Origin: Octopus sinensis
Taxonomy: Eukaryota
Direction of reading: 5' to 3'
Assembly: GCF_006345805.1 (NCBI RefSeq)
Contig: NC_042997.1
Location: 115,258,001 to 115,322,000, forward strand
DNA length: 64,000 bases
The notes below the pieces were generated by a model that saw only the letters and a program-made list of their open reading frames with translations, had not been told where the DNA came from and searched no databases. Of the stretch, positions 1-12,575 are shown piece after piece (within the stretch, counting starts at the first letter, position 1; the number at the start of each line of letters is the position of its first letter). Position numbers and translations under genes: made by a program.

Positions 1-576
1 AACTTTCTCCTTTTAGCAAGGATACACCCTCAGACCCCTTCACCACTATCTTTATTTTTCCAACTGGAGGTAGCCATATATCTCCTCTACAGCAAGACAT
101 GTTTATATTCCTCTCATCATCATCATTTAATGTCTATTTTCCATGCTGGCATGGGTTGGATGGTTTGACTGAAAACTGGTATGATGGAGAACTGCACCAG
201 GTTCCAATCTGATTTGGCATGGTTTTCTGCGGTTGGAGCCCTTCCTAATGCCAACCACTCTAGAGTCTAGCTGGTGCTTTATACATGCCACTTAGGTAAC
301 ACCAGCATTGGCCACGACTACAATCTTACTTGGCTTTACAGGTCTTCTCAAGCATGGCATATCACCAAAGGTCTCAGTCACCGGTACACAAGGACATAAT
401 CCCCCCACAGTCAATATCCCCCAGGATATTCTTTCTTTGCAATAAAAATGTGAAATTTTATAAAAAGAAATTTTAAATATTTACTAGTTGATATTTGTAC
501 ACAGGGCATTTTATCCTAATACCCAGTCACCAGTCACTGCCTCCATGAGGCTCAATGTTCAAACGGTGCCTTTTAT

Positions 577-978
577 TTACATTTGACGGATATTTGTCCT
601 CATCTTGTTAACGTTTTGGCTGATATATCCTCCAAGTGTCTTGGGGAAATTTTGAACCTGGGTTCTCATTCCTAAGGCATTTTTCGATATTATTATTATT
701 ATGCCCACTGGCATATGTTGTAGTGGTTAAGAGCGCGGGTTACTAACCCCAAGATTCTGAGTTCGATTCCAGGCAGTGACCTGAATAATAATAATGATAA
801 TCATAACATCGAAAAATACGTTAGAAATGAGAACCCAGGGTCGAAATTTCCCCAAGACACCTGATGAAAGCTGGAGGGTATATCAGCCAAAATGTTATGT
901 TAACAACAAACCAGATGAGGACAAAAATCGTCAAATGTAAATAATGTACATAATTCCTCATCTCTTAAATATAGAACT
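577..978 (+). mobile_element. Penelope-like pseudo-LTR element (inverted partial + direct tRNA-head/hammerhead unit)
   Basis: Inverted pLTR fragment, then tRNA-like head 709-781, HHR-like motif 856-901 and end ...ctcttaaatatagaact; flanked by GGTGCCTTTTAT at 565-576 and 979-990; inserted in a (GAT)n-tailed repeat. Confidence 0.85.
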
Positions 979-1400
979 GGTGCCTTTTATGTCCCACCGG
1001 CATGGGTGCCAATTACACGACACTGGCATCAGTCAAAACTATGATTTAACTTGGCTTGACAGGTCTTCTCAAGCACAGCGTTTTGCCCAACGTTCGAAGG
1101 GTGTTTTTTATGAGGCACCTGGTATAAAGCTACATCCCTCAAAACTGTCCCCTTGGTTGTGGGTCTTGTTTAGCGAAATACTCGACAGCTTCACTTGGTG
1201 CTACATAAAAAGCATCTGGTACACTGTAAATTGGTTGGCGTTAGGAAGGGCATGCCAGGTCAGGCCGGAGTCTAGTTCAACCCCCTCAGCTTGCCAACTC
1301 GGGGTCAAACCGTCCAACCCATGCCAGCATGGACAACGAATGCTAAATGATGATTTTTATAAGAGTGTTATGATTGTGTATCTTTTTTCTTCTCTTTCAG

Positions 1401-1523
1401 ATGAAGGTTGTGACCCCAGAAATCTCTTGGCATGAACGTGACCCTGTTTATTCAGTTGATTTCCAGCCAGGGAATCACGCAATCCAACGTTTGGCCACTG
1501 CTGGAGTGGATAAATTTGTCAGG
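1401..1523 (+). CDS. CHAF1B: CHAF1B coding exon 1
   Basis: [41 protein letters not shown], the typical CAF-1 p60 N-terminus; ATG directly follows a pyrimidine tract and AG (so a non-coding exon lies upstream); donor AGG|GTAAGT, phase 0. Confidence 0.97.
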
Positions 1524-1743
1524 GTAAGTGATTTGCAGTATATTTGTCTATATAATCATCTCACATGTTTAAATCCTTTCGATGCCATATTTCTGTTGAA
1601 ATGCTCTGCCTTTGTTTTAAATAATTTTGAAAATAATAATAAAGAATTTAGTGAAATAGCCTTTCTCATTGTGAAGCAGGGGTTTCAGACATAAATTCAT
1701 CATCATCATCATTATCATCGTTTAACATCTGCTTTCCATGCTG

Positions 1744-1945
1744 TTGTTGTTAAACAACAAGACGGGTAAGGGTGATTAGGTGATGGTCTAGGGCTTAAGG
1801 GCGGGAGACTCCAGACCTTGGAAAAAAAAAACTTTGGTCGTCTTGTTGTAGTCAAGGGCTCTTTGTTGACACCCGACACCACTGGGAGGTGGCCCTTGAA
1901 GTCGCTGTAAATGGAGATCTCCAGGTCCAAATTCTTGAATGGTTA
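1744..1945 (-). mobile_element. ~200-bp retroposon 3' fragment inserted in a (GAT)n-tailed repeat
   Basis: Flanked by CTTTCCATGCTG at 1732-1743 and 1946-1957; ends in (CAA)n on the minus strand. Confidence 0.6.
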
Positions 1946-3349
1946 CTTTCCATGCTGGCATGGATTGGACGGTTTTGACTGAGGACTGGCAAGCCAGGAG
2001 GCCGCACCAGGCTCCAGTCTGATCTTGCAAGGTTTCTACTTTTACAGCTGGGTGCCCTTCCTTATGCCTACAACTCCGAGATTGTAGTGGGTGCTTGTTT
2101 TACATTCCACCAGTACAGGGGCCAGTCAGGTGGCACTGGCATTGACCATGCTTGGATGGTGCTTTTTGCGTGCCACCGGCACAGGGGCCAGTCAGGTGGC
2201 ACTGGCATGAAATTTTCATGAGAGATTTAAATTTAAATTACTTTAACTCAAACTGACCATATCAGGCCTAAAACTCTTTATGTTGAAACTGGCCAGATCC
2301 GGCTTCTCACACCTGCCCTACAATGTCATTCTAAAACTAAACAATCACATCATCGAAATCTCTAAACTACAAGATAATGCATGATTAATTCAAGACAATA
2401 TTATCACCATCATCATTTAACGTACGTCTTCCATGCTGTCATGGGTTGGATGGTTTGACTGAGGACTGGCAAGCCAGGGGGCTGCAACAGGCTCCAATCT
2501 GATCTGGCTATGTTTCTACAGCTGGATACCCTTCCTAATGCCAACCGCTCAGATTGTAGTGGGTGCTTTTTACGTACCACTGGCACGTGAGCCAGTTAGG
2601 TGGCACTGGCATTGGTCATGTTTGGCTGGTGCTTTTTATGTGCCACCAGCACAGGAACCAGTTGGGGGCTGGCAGAATAAGCTGAATGCTAAAAGGTTAA
2701 AACAAAAAGTTTTGATTGGAGAGTCAAGAGCGATATCAGCTGGGTTGGGACAAAAATGTTGATAATTCTGGTGAGGAATCAATGCTAATTGATCAGTATT
2801 CTAAATTAAGGGTGATTGATCAGTTATATGTCATTTATATTATTTCTGCAGCCAAGTAAAATAGGAATCCTATGGGTCCATAGCTTGAAAAATGGTTAAG
2901 AACCATTTGTCTGCAGGAAGCATTGACATTATTCTGTTCAGTAGACCATGGCTGTTCCCATACATCACCTGTGTGTGTGAAGGTAGAAATTATATTCTAC
3001 AATAGGGTCAGGGGGTCACCAGTTGATCAGGGTACACCAAAAGCCAAGCAATGGGGTAAACAGAAACAACAACGCTGACTGACTGGTTGCCAGTGGCACG
3101 TAAAAAGCACCATTCGAGCATGGTTGTTGCCAGTACCACCTGACTGGGCCTCATGCTGGTGGCATGTAAAAAGCACCCACTACACTCTCGGAGTGGTTGG
3201 TGTTAGGAAGGGCACCCAGCTGTAGAAACTCTGCCAGATCAGATTGGAACCCGGTGCAGCCTTCTGGCTTGCCAGCCCTCAGTCAAACCATCCAACACAT
3301 GCCAGCATGGAAAACAGATGTTAAATGATGACGACGATGATGATGAATA

Positions 3350-3566
3350 TAATTCTGATTTCTGTTGAGATGCTCTGGGTTTCTTTCAGTTACTTTAAAT
3401 ATAACAAAGTATTTTGTAAAATAACTTAGTTATCATTAAGCTAGAGTTAGGAACATAAATTGTGACTAAGATTTGGTGGAAGATTTTAATTCAAAACTTA
3501 TGAAAACATGACATTTGTACTCAGTGACAGAGCCGGTTTCAGCTGGGTTGGTAGCGAAAGGGTTAA
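3350..3566. mobile_element. Second TTAA-ended MITE family, partial
   Basis: Ends ...GGTAGCGAAAGGGTTAA; related fragments at ~1570-1690, ~6385-6510 and ~7240-7400. Confidence 0.5.
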
Positions 3567-3616
3567 AGAGTTTGAGCTTAAACTATATTTCTTCGTATAA
3601 AACCATAATTCGTGTT

Positions 3617-4047
3617 GTTCTATATTTAAGAGATGAGGAATTCTGTACATTATTTACGTTATTTACATTGGGAAGATATGTGTCTTCATCTTGTTTGTTG
3701 TTACTACAACGATTCGGCTGATTTACTCTCCAGCCTTCATCAGGTGTCCTGGTAGCATTTTGAACCCATCTCTGTGTTCTCATTCCTAAGGTATTATTTT
3801 TGCTGATATTATTATTGTTTATTCAAGGCACTGCTGGAATTGAACTCTCAATCTTGGGGTTAGTAGCCTGTGCTCTTAACCATTACACTATATGCCCGTG
3901 GGCAGATAGGAATGTGAACCCAGGGTTAGGTTCAAAATGCTACCAGGACAGCTGATGAAGGCTGGAGAGTAAATCAGCTGAAATGTTGTGGCAACACCAA
4001 ACAAGATGAGGACAAATATCCATCCAGTGTAAATAATGTACATAATT
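3617..4047. mobile_element. Penelope-like pseudo-LTR element, inverted pair, abutting the exon 2 acceptor
   Basis: Minus-strand full pLTR with tRNA head (to ~3904) plus a plus-strand partial pLTR; degenerate flanking duplication cataattYKtgttgtt at 3604-3619 and 4041-4056. Confidence 0.8.
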
Positions 4048-4069
4048 TTTGTTGTTTTCTTTCTTTCAG

Positions 4070-4175
4070 ATTTGGCAAGTGAAGGTTGACAATTCTTCAA
4101 AGGCTGCCATAGAATTCTTATCTAATCTTAAAAGACACACAAAATCGGTGAATGTTGTTCGTTTTTCCCCGGATG
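4070..4175 (+). CDS. CHAF1B: CHAF1B coding exon 2
   Basis: tttcag|ATT..., [35 protein letters not shown](G); donor G|GTAAGT, phase 1. Confidence 0.97.
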
Positions 4176-4362
4176 GTAAGTTTTTAAAACTAGTTTCTTT
4201 TGTATTCTGGAGTGTAATGTCATTTGGAATTGAAAATAATCTTTGATTCCTTATGAAAAAGAGTAAAGAGTAAAGCCCTCAATTTGTTATATTTGTGCTT
4301 CATATTGTTTAATTAGTGCAATTTCTAAAACATGGTTAACTCTTTAATATTTCTTCTTTCAG

Positions 4363-4389
4363 GTGAATTGATGGCTTCAGGTGGAGATG
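4363..4389 (+). CDS. CHAF1B: CHAF1B coding exon 3 (27-nt microexon)
   Basis: ctttcag|GT GAA TTG ATG GCT TCA GGT GGA GAT G|gtaaga gives (G)ELMASGGD(D), completing the WD40 FSPDGELxASGGDD motif; phase 1 to phase 1. Confidence 0.94.
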
Positions 4390-5131
4390 GTAAGAACCAT
4401 TTACCATTTTGCTTTGATGGAAGAAAGATACTGGAATATTTGCTAGTATGAAGTTGCTAGCTTTTTTTGAAGCTTAGGCGTTCCTAACCACATGGTTTGG
4501 CACCTTGGGCAAGTGTCTTCTATAGCCCTAGGTTTACCAAAGCCTTGTAAGTGGATTTGGTAGATGGAAACTGAAAGAAGCCTATTGTGTGTGTGTGTGT
4601 GCGTGAGAGAAAGAGTATGTATGTTTGTATCTACTTGTTTTAAAACGTGTGATTGTTGTAAATTTGCTTTTCAGCCAAGGTCCATACGATTGTAGGGTAA
4701 AAGCGAAAAAGGAAGTTGCAGTTTCGCCTTGCTAGCGAGGCTAGAAGTTATGTAAAATGTAAAGATTTAAGGAAAAGGAATCCACGGTTTCATCTTGCAG
4801 TGGGAGCAAGATGGCCGTCTCCTTTATATTGTAATTTTATTCATTTCACATCCATCCTTTCATGTGTTTTTTGTTTCTGTTGTCTTTGTATGTCCCCTCT
4901 GTAATTAGGCCTTGTGCCTGTAATAAAGAATTGAGCTATCAAACCATGCTACTCCAGACTGATGATGAGCAATGACTATGAAACTAGTCTGTGGGTGCTG
5001 GGTGGAGGTACTTATCTCCACTTTCAAAACCTAAAGACACAGGAAATGTTGTTTCCTAGGGCTAAATAACAGTAGCATTCTTCTCTTTCATGGGACTGTC
5101 ACATTAAGTTGACAACATATCACTTTAGATA

Positions 5132-5355
5132 TGAACCCTTTAACATTTAAACTGGCCATATCCAGCCAAAATAGTCTCCCTGTTTTATGTTCAAACTGGC
5201 CAGGTCCAGTCTCTCACACCTACCCTACAATATCATTCTAAAAATAAACAATCACATCATTGGAATCTCAAACCTATGAGAAAATGCATGATTAATTTTT
5301 TTTTTATGTGAAAAAAATGAGGATTTAACAGATAATCTGAATGCTAACGAGTTAA
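5132..5355. mobile_element. piggyBac-like MITE (TTAA-CCCTT...AAGGG-TTAA family)
   Basis: tgaaccctttaacatt...aatgctaacgagttaa; related pieces at ~2240-2700 (split by an insertion), ~36020-36150 (reverse) and 40871-41096. Confidence 0.6.
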
Positions 5356-5396
5356 ACCGATGTTGGTAATAATTTACATAGAATAAACATGTTAAT

Positions 5397-6209
5397 TTAC
5401 GTTGTTTACATTATTTATATTTCATGGATATTTGTTCTCATCTTGTTTGTTGTTAACATAACATTTTGGCTGATATACCCTTCAGCCTTCATCAGGTGTC
5501 TTGGGGAAATTTCGAACCTGGGTTCTCATTCCTAAGGTATTTTTCGATGCTATTATTATTCAGTTCACTGCTTGGAATCGAACTTGGAATTTTGGGGTTA
5601 GTAGCCCGCACTCTTAACCACTATAAGCCTTAAAAATTCATTCCATAATTGCCCATGGGTATATGGTGTAGTGGTTAAGAGTGTGGGCTACTAACTCCAA
5701 GATTCTGAGTTCGATTCCAGGCAGTGACCTGAATAATAATAATAATAATGATAATATCGAAAAATACCTTAGGAATGAGAACCTAGGTTCAAAATTTCCC
5801 CATGACACCTGATGAAGGCTTGGAGGGTATATCAGCTGAAACATGTTAACAACAAACAAGATGAGGACAAATATCCATCAAATGTGAATAATGTAAATAA
5901 TATACATAATTCCTCATCTCTTAACTAACCCATGGGCATATGGTGTAGTGGTTAAGAGTGCAGGCTACTAACCCCAAGATTCTGAGTTCGATTCCAGGCA
6001 GTGACCTGAATAATAATGATAATTATAATAATAATAATGATATCGAAAAATACCTTAGGAATGAGAACTCAGGTTCGAAATTTCCCCAAGACACTTGATT
6101 AAGGCTGGAGGGTATATCTGCTGAAACGTGTTAACAACAAACAAGATGAGGACAAATATCCATCAATTGTAAATAATATACATAATTCCTCATCTGAAAT
6201 ATAAAACTC
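5397..6209 (+). mobile_element. Penelope-like pseudo-LTR element: one inverted and two tandem direct pLTRs
   Basis: tRNA-like heads at 5657-5729 and 5934-6006, degenerate HHR motifs; flanked by AAACATGTTAAT at 5385-5396 and 6210-6221. Confidence 0.85.
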
Positions 6210-6517
6210 AAACATGTTAATGTTCTTGTTATCTCTTCTGGGGAGTTAACAGATGGTTTTCTTTTCATAGTATTGTGTTGTAACCATGACAACAGCACTT
6301 TGTCCTCAGTGACCTGTTTTCCATCCAGCAGTAAATTATAGAGATATTGACTTGCTAATGGTGTGTGTACTTAGCAATAATGCTGGCCTCAAATCTTTTG
6401 TTGGAGTATTTCTCTTGAAAGACAATGCCTTTGTTCTTTATTACTTTTGGAAATAATGAAGAATTTGCTGAAATAACTTTGTCATTGTTAAGATGATGTT
6501 TGGAATATATATTAACA

Positions 6518-7207
6518 TCATCATCGTCATTTAACGTCCGCTTTCCATGCTGGCATGGATTGGACGGTTTGACTGAGGACCGGCAAGCCAAAAGGCTGCA
6601 CCAGGCTTCAGTCTGATCTGGCAATGTTTCTACAACTGGATGTCCTTCCTAATGCCAACTACTCCGAGAGTGTAGTGGGTGGTTTTTAAGTTCCACTGGT
6701 ACAAGGGCCAGTCAGGTGGCACTGGCATCGACCACGTTCAAATGGTGCTTTTTAAGTGCCAACAGCATGGGAGCCAGTCAGGCGGAACTGGCAATGATTA
6801 CACTTGAATGGTGCATTTTACATGCCACCAGCACAGGACCAGTTAGCCGGCATCGACCACACTTGAATGGTGCTTTTTATGTACTACCAGCACGGAAACC
6901 AATCAAGCAAAACTGGCAATGATTATGCTCGAATGGTGCTTTTTACATGCCGCCGGCACTGGTATCGACCACGCTTAAATCGTGCTTTTTATGTGCCACC
7001 AGCACGGGAGCCAATCAGGCGGAACTGGTAATGATCATGCTCAAATGGTGCTTTTTACATACCACTGGCATGAGCATCGACCACACTTGAATGGTGCTTT
7101 TTATGTACCACCAGAACAGGAGCCAGTCAGGCAGCACTAGTAATGATCATGCTCAAATGGTGCTTTTTATGTACCGGTGGCCCTGGCAAGTCAGGCGGCA
7201 CTGGCAG
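6518..7207 (-). mobile_element. (GAT)n-tailed retroposon (family C) with a tandemly expanded 5' array
   Basis: Body with the conserved (G)TTGGC(A/G)TTAGGAAGG..CATCCAG motif and ATC-repeat tail; ~8 tandem 46-67 bp TGGTGCTTTT..GCCA.CAGCAC units. More than 20 family copies in the window. Confidence 0.85.
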
Positions 7208-7861
7208 TGAATTTTTAATAGGTTTTTACTTAAATCACTTTAACCCTTTTGTTCAGATATATTTCCTTTGTTACAATTAGTGTTCAGAACAATGAAGAAT
7301 TTAGTAAACTCACTTTGTCAATTAGTTATCTGATGTTTAGAACATACATCAAGGCTTTAGTTTAGATCACTTTAACCTCTTGATACCATCTGCCTGCAGT
7401 ACCCTGGTAATATGATATAAACTTGTTTTCAGGTGGTGCCTTGTAAAAAGTGCTGGTGTCATGTAAAAAGCCCTCCTTTCGAGTGTTGGGCCTCACAGAG
7501 GCAATGACTGACACCTTTGGCATTGTCATGTTTGAGAAGGAGACCCATCAGGCTGAGCAAAATCGTAGTTGTGGCAGATACCGGTGTCACGTAAGTGGCA
7601 CATAAAAGCACCCATTACACTCTTGGAGTGGTTGGTGTTAGGAAGAGCATCCAGCTGTAGGAAACCATGCCAAATCGGACTGGCGTCTGGTGCAGCCTTC
7701 CAGCCCAATCAAACCATCCAACCCATGCCAGCATGGACAACGGATGTTAAATGATGATGATGATGTAAGAGGTGTCACCTTGTATGGAAGGTCAAAATTT
7801 CATCCATGTTTTAAAGTTAAAAACACATTGAAAAAGTATGGAAACCTATTACCTTCTTTGG

Positions 7862-8225
7862 TTTATCCTAATATTTTTACTTGTTTCAGTCATTAAACTG
7901 TGGCCATGCTGAGGCACTGCCTTAAAGAATTGATACCAGTACTTATTTTTTATTTTTTAAGCCTGGTACATATTTTATTGGTGTATTTTGCCAAACTGCT
8001 AAGTTATGGGGGACATAAACACACCAATACCAGTTGTCAAACGGTGGTGGGGGCAACAAAGACACACACACGCACACGTATATATGACAGGTTTCCATCT
8101 ACCAAATCCACTTACAAGGCTTTGGTCAGCTCAAGGGTATAGCAGAAGACAATTGGCCAAAGTGCCATGCACTGGGACTGAACCTGCAACCATGTGGTTG
8201 GGAAGCAAGCTTCTTACCACACAAC
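7862..8225 (-). mobile_element. tRNA-derived SINE, family A (ends ~50 nt before exon 4)
   Basis: Colinear with 58266-58665, more diverged. Confidence 0.8.
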
Positions 8226-8273
8226 CACATATATATATTTGTGTATTCTATTGAATTTTTTCCTGTTTTGCAG

Positions 8274-8388
8274 ATGCTTTCGTCATTCTATGGAAGATGG
8301 GTGATACACTTTCTGCAAATGTTGGAAACATATTCCAGGAAGAAGAAGAAGACAATAAGGAGACTTGGCTTCTACATAAGGTTTTAAG
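8274..8388 (+). CDS. CHAF1B: CHAF1B coding exon 4
   Basis: ttttgcag|AT GCT..., (D)AFVILWKMGDTLSANVGNIFQEEEEDNKETWLLHKVL(R); donor AG|GTGAGT, phase 2. Confidence 0.96.
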
Positions 8389-8589
8389 GTGAGTAAATAA
8401 AAAAACGGGTTAATAGTCCCTTGTTTTGTGATTGATGTCTCCTGATTAAAGATTTAGGAGTTCACTGCTGGCAGAGCTCAAGAAAAGGTCTAGGTGAGGG
8501 ATGAGGTGAAGAAACATGCCCTTTGAATGTTGGGCCTCATGGAGGCAGCAACAAGTGACCAAGACCTTTGGCAATATGCTGTACTTGAA

Positions 8590-9195
8590 GGGCGGCGAGC
8601 TGGAAGAAATGTTAGCTTGCCAGGCAAAATGCTAAGTGGTATTTCATCTGTCTTTACGTTCTAAGTTCAAATTCCGTCGAGGTCAACTTTGCTTTTCATC
8701 CTTACGGGGTCGGTAAATTAAGTACCACTTGCATACTGGGGTTGATTTAATTGTCTGGTCCCTCCTGCATAATTTCGGGCCTTGTACCTAGAGAAGAAAA
8801 GAATAATGATAGAAATAGGGCAGCAAGCTGGCGGAAACATTAGCATGCCAGGCGAAATGCTTTGCGGTATTTCTTCTGTCTTTACGTTCTGTGTTCAAAT
8901 TCCGCCAAGGTCGGCTTTGCCTTTCATCCTTTCGGAGTCGATTAAATAAGTACCAGTCATGCACTGGGGTCGATATAATCAGCTTAATCCGTTTGTCTGT
9001 CCTTGTTTGTCCTCTCTATGTTTAGCCCCCTGTGGGTAGTAAAGAAATAGGTATTTCATCTGTCTTTATGTTCTGAGTTCAAATTCCGCTGAGGTCGACT
9101 TTGCTTTTCATCCTTTCAGGGTTGATAAATTAAGTACCAGTTGTATACTGGGTTGATTTAATTGACTGGCCCCTCCTGCAAAATTTTGGGCCTTG
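8590..9195 (+). mobile_element. Two adjacent family B SINEs
   Basis: Two GGC(G/A)GC(G/A)AGCTGG heads at ~8591 and ~8819, each followed by the gtcgactttgcctttcatcc body. Confidence 0.8.
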
Positions 9196-10371
9196 TGCCT
9201 AGTGTATAGAAGAATATGCTGTGCATGAGAAGACTTGTCAAACCAAGTGAAACTGTAGTTGTGGCCATTGACAGTGTTACGTAAACGGCACCCATGCTGG
9301 TGGCGTGTAAAATGCACTTGTTACACTCTTGGAAGGGCATCCAGTCATAGAAGCCATGCCAAATTAGACTGGAGCTTGGTGCAGCTCTCCAGCTAACCAG
9401 TCCCGCTCAAACCGTCCAACCCATGCCAGCATGGAGAATGGATGTTTGACGACGACGACGGTATATATACACACACACACCAGGCACTTATTTATGTATA
9501 AACCTCACTATCTGTGACATTATTTGTTTTCAGACCCTGGCACCCTCAATTATCTCTCATCTGTCGTCATTTAATGTGCATTTTTCCATGCTTGCATGGG
9601 TCAGATGGAATTTAAGGCAAGATTCCCTTCCCGTTGCCAAACCTTACCTCTTTCTAAGCAAAGTAATACTTCCCTATGGCTAGACAAGTTTCCATAGAAT
9701 ATTGGAAATGACCTGCCTTGCCTTACTAATTGTTACCTACCTACCTGTGTTGCTTTACTGGCACTTGTGCTCGTGGCACGTAAAAAAACATTTGAGCGAG
9801 GTCCTTGCCAGTGCCACTGGACTGGCTCCCGTGCTGGTGGCACATAAAAAGCACCATTTGAGCGTGACCGCTGCCAGTACCACCTGACTGGCCCTCATGC
9901 TGGTGGCACGTAAAAGCACCCACTACACTCTCAGAGTGGTTGGCATTAGGAAGGGCATCCAGCTGTAGAAATTCTGCCAGATCAAGATTGGAGCCTGGTG
10001 CAGCCAACTGGTTCGCCAGACCTCAGTGAAATCGTCTAACCCATGCGAACATGGAAAGTGGTCATTGAACGATGATGATGATATGACAGTGACACTCATT
10101 TACAATTAAAATCTGATGTTAAGACAGAGACACACACACAAATGTACAGACACATGTAGCACATGATGGGCTTCATTGTTTATGAAGTGTTATTGTTCAC
10201 GGAGTGTTAACATTCATCTGCCCATGTTCAGTGTTAACATTGTTCATTGACCAGTGTTTATGGAATGTTAAAGCCATTCATTTGCTAATGTTCACTGTTG
10301 TTAAACACAGATTTTTTTCATTTATCGATGTTAAGCATAAGGACCAACAAATATTGTCTTTCATTTTTCAG

Positions 10372-10475
10372 GGGTCATCTTGAAGATATCTATGATTTGT
10401 GTTGGTCAGCTGACAGCCGTTTCATTGTGACAGGGTCTGTCGATAACAGTGCTATTATCTGGGATATAACCAAAG
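10372..10475 (+). CDS. CHAF1B: CHAF1B coding exon 5
   Basis: tttttcag|G GGT CAT..., GHLEDIYDLCWSADSRFIVTGSVDNSAIIWDITK (GH..WD repeat); donor G|GTAGGA, phase 1. Confidence 0.97.
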
Positions 10476-10904
10476 GTAGGAACCAACTTTTATCTCCCTT
10501 TCACCCACCCCTTATCTCTATGGCAACCTCATTCTTTTCTTAACCTCATTAACAGTACTAATGAGCATTTGGTCAATGATACGGAAGCCACTAAATTTGC
10601 CAACTCTTCTTGCCGAAGCAAATGGCCTGGACCCTTGTACCAAGGACTCATCATCATCATCATCATCATCGTTTAACGTCCGTTTTCCTTTCTAGCATGG
10701 GTTGGACGGTTTGACCAGGGTCTTGGAAGCCAGGAGACTGCACCAGGAGACTGCACCAGGCCCAGTCTGATCTGGCAGTATTTCGACAGCTGGGTGCTTT
10801 TTACGTGCCAGGGGAGGCTGGCAGCGGCCACGGGACTGTAAAGGAATATAAATTTAATATATTATACTGTCTTTCAATCATAATCAAAATCGGTTGATGT
10901 TTAC

Positions 10905-11515
10905 ACAATATTGTTTTCTACTCTAGGCACAAGCCCCGAAATGTTTGGGGAGAGGGCCAGTCGATTAGATCAATCCCAGTACACAACTGGTACTTAATTT
11001 GTTGATGCCGAAAGGATGAAAGGCAAAGTCGACCTCATTGGAATTTGAACTCAGAACATAAAGACATGAAATACCGCTAAGCATTTCACCCAGCTTGCTA
11101 ACATTTCTTATTTCTTTATTGCCCACAAGGGGCTAAACATAGAGGGGACAAACAAGGATTAAGTTGATTACATTGACTCCAGTGCGTAACTGGTACTTAA
11201 TTTACCGACCCCGAAAGGATGAAAGGCAAAGTCGACCTCGGCGTAAATTTGAACTCAGAATGTAACGGCAGAGCAATACCTATTTCTTTACTACCCACAT
11301 GAGGCTACATACAGAGGGGACAAACAAGGACAGTCAAATGGATTAAGTCGATTATATCGACCCCAGTGTGTAATTGGTACTTATTTAATCAACACTGAAA
11401 GGATGAAAAGCAAAGTCGACCTCGGCGGAATTTGAACTCAGAACGTAGCGGCAGACGAAATACTGCTAAGCAATTCACCCGGTGTGCTAACGTTTCTGCC
11501 AGCTTGAGCCGCCTT
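10905..11515 (-). mobile_element. Family B SINE cluster
   Basis: Three tandem ggatgaaaggcaaagtcgacc..gaatttgaactcagaac bodies. Confidence 0.8.
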
Positions 11516-11921
11516 TCTGTGGCAGCTTCATTCACCAAATGGATTGTTGTTGTTGTTTTTGTTGCTACTAATTGGTTTATTGTCTGAAGAAATGTTTTGG
11601 CTTTGGAATTCTCTGCAACTTGGTGGAAGAGTTTAGCAATTTACTTTTAGTTTTCAACCTTGTTTTGTTCATTGGATTGCGGCCCTGCTGGGGAAAACAC
11701 CTTAAAGGGTTTTTTTGTTGAGCAAATCGACCCCAGTTCTTTATTCTATTAGTTTCTTTTACCGTGGCTGTGTAGTAAGAGGTTTGCTTCCCTACCACAT
11801 GGTTCTATGGTTCTGAGTTCAGTCCCACTGTGTGGCACCTTGAGCAAAGTGTCTTATTTTGTAGCCGACCAAAGCCTAGTGAATGGATTTGATAGGCAGA
11901 AACTGAAAGAAAGCTGTTGTA

Positions 11922-12368
11922 GATGTGTATGTATGTAAGTGTGTATATATATATATATATGTGTGTGTGTGTATGTATGTGTGTGTGTGTGTATGTATGT
12001 GTGTGTGTGTATGTATGTATGTGTGTGTGTGTATGTATGTATATGTGTGTGTGTGTATGTATATGTGTGTGTGTATGTTATGTATATGTGTGTGTGTGTG
12101 TATGTATGTATATGTGTGTGTGTGTATGTATGTATATGTGTGTGTGTGTGTATGTATGTATATGTGTGTGTGTGTGTATGTATGTATATGTGTGTGTGTG
12201 TGTATGTATGTATATGTGTGTGTGTGTATGTATGTATATGTGTGTGTGTGTATGTATGTATATGTGTGTGTGTGTATGTATATATGTGTGTGTGTGTGTA
12301 TGTATGTATATGTGTGTGTGTGTGTATGTATGTATATATGTGTGTGTGTGTGTGTGTATGTATGTATA

Positions 12369-12399
<31 letters not shown>

Positions 12400-12542
12400 G
12401 TGTGTGTGTGTATGTATGTATATGTGTGTGTGTGTATGTATATATGTGTGTGTGTGTGTATGTATGTATATATGTGTGTGTATGTATGTATATGTGTGTG
12501 TGTGTGTGTATGTATGTATATGTATATATATGTATGTATGCA

Positions 12543-12575
<33 letters not shown>

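Noticed and set aside
709-781. Functional tRNA genes at the tRNA-like modules (also 5657, 5934, 43328, 59611)
   Set aside because: The acceptor and T stems pair poorly, copies vary, and all are embedded in a retroelement unit; treated as tRNA-derived heads.
1-1400. CHAF1B promoter or first exon inside the window
   Set aside because: This stretch is almost entirely retroposon-derived and the ATG exon starts at a splice acceptor, so the transcription start must lie upstream of position 1.
1374-1694. Single-exon ORF calls overlapping CHAF1B exons (also 10298-10543, 18723-19103, 31163-31600, 34835-35314)
   Set aside because: Similarity to p60 is confined to the splice-bounded exons; the extensions are intronic read-through.
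6690-7207. CRISPR-like array (recurring TGGTGCTTTT..palindromic GTGCCA/TGGCAC units; also 15050-15290 and 45060-45420)
   Set aside because: The intervening sequences are homologous to each other rather than unique spacers, periods vary from 46 to 69 bp, there are no cas genes, the context is a eukaryotic intron, and the arrays are the 5' part of family C retroposons.
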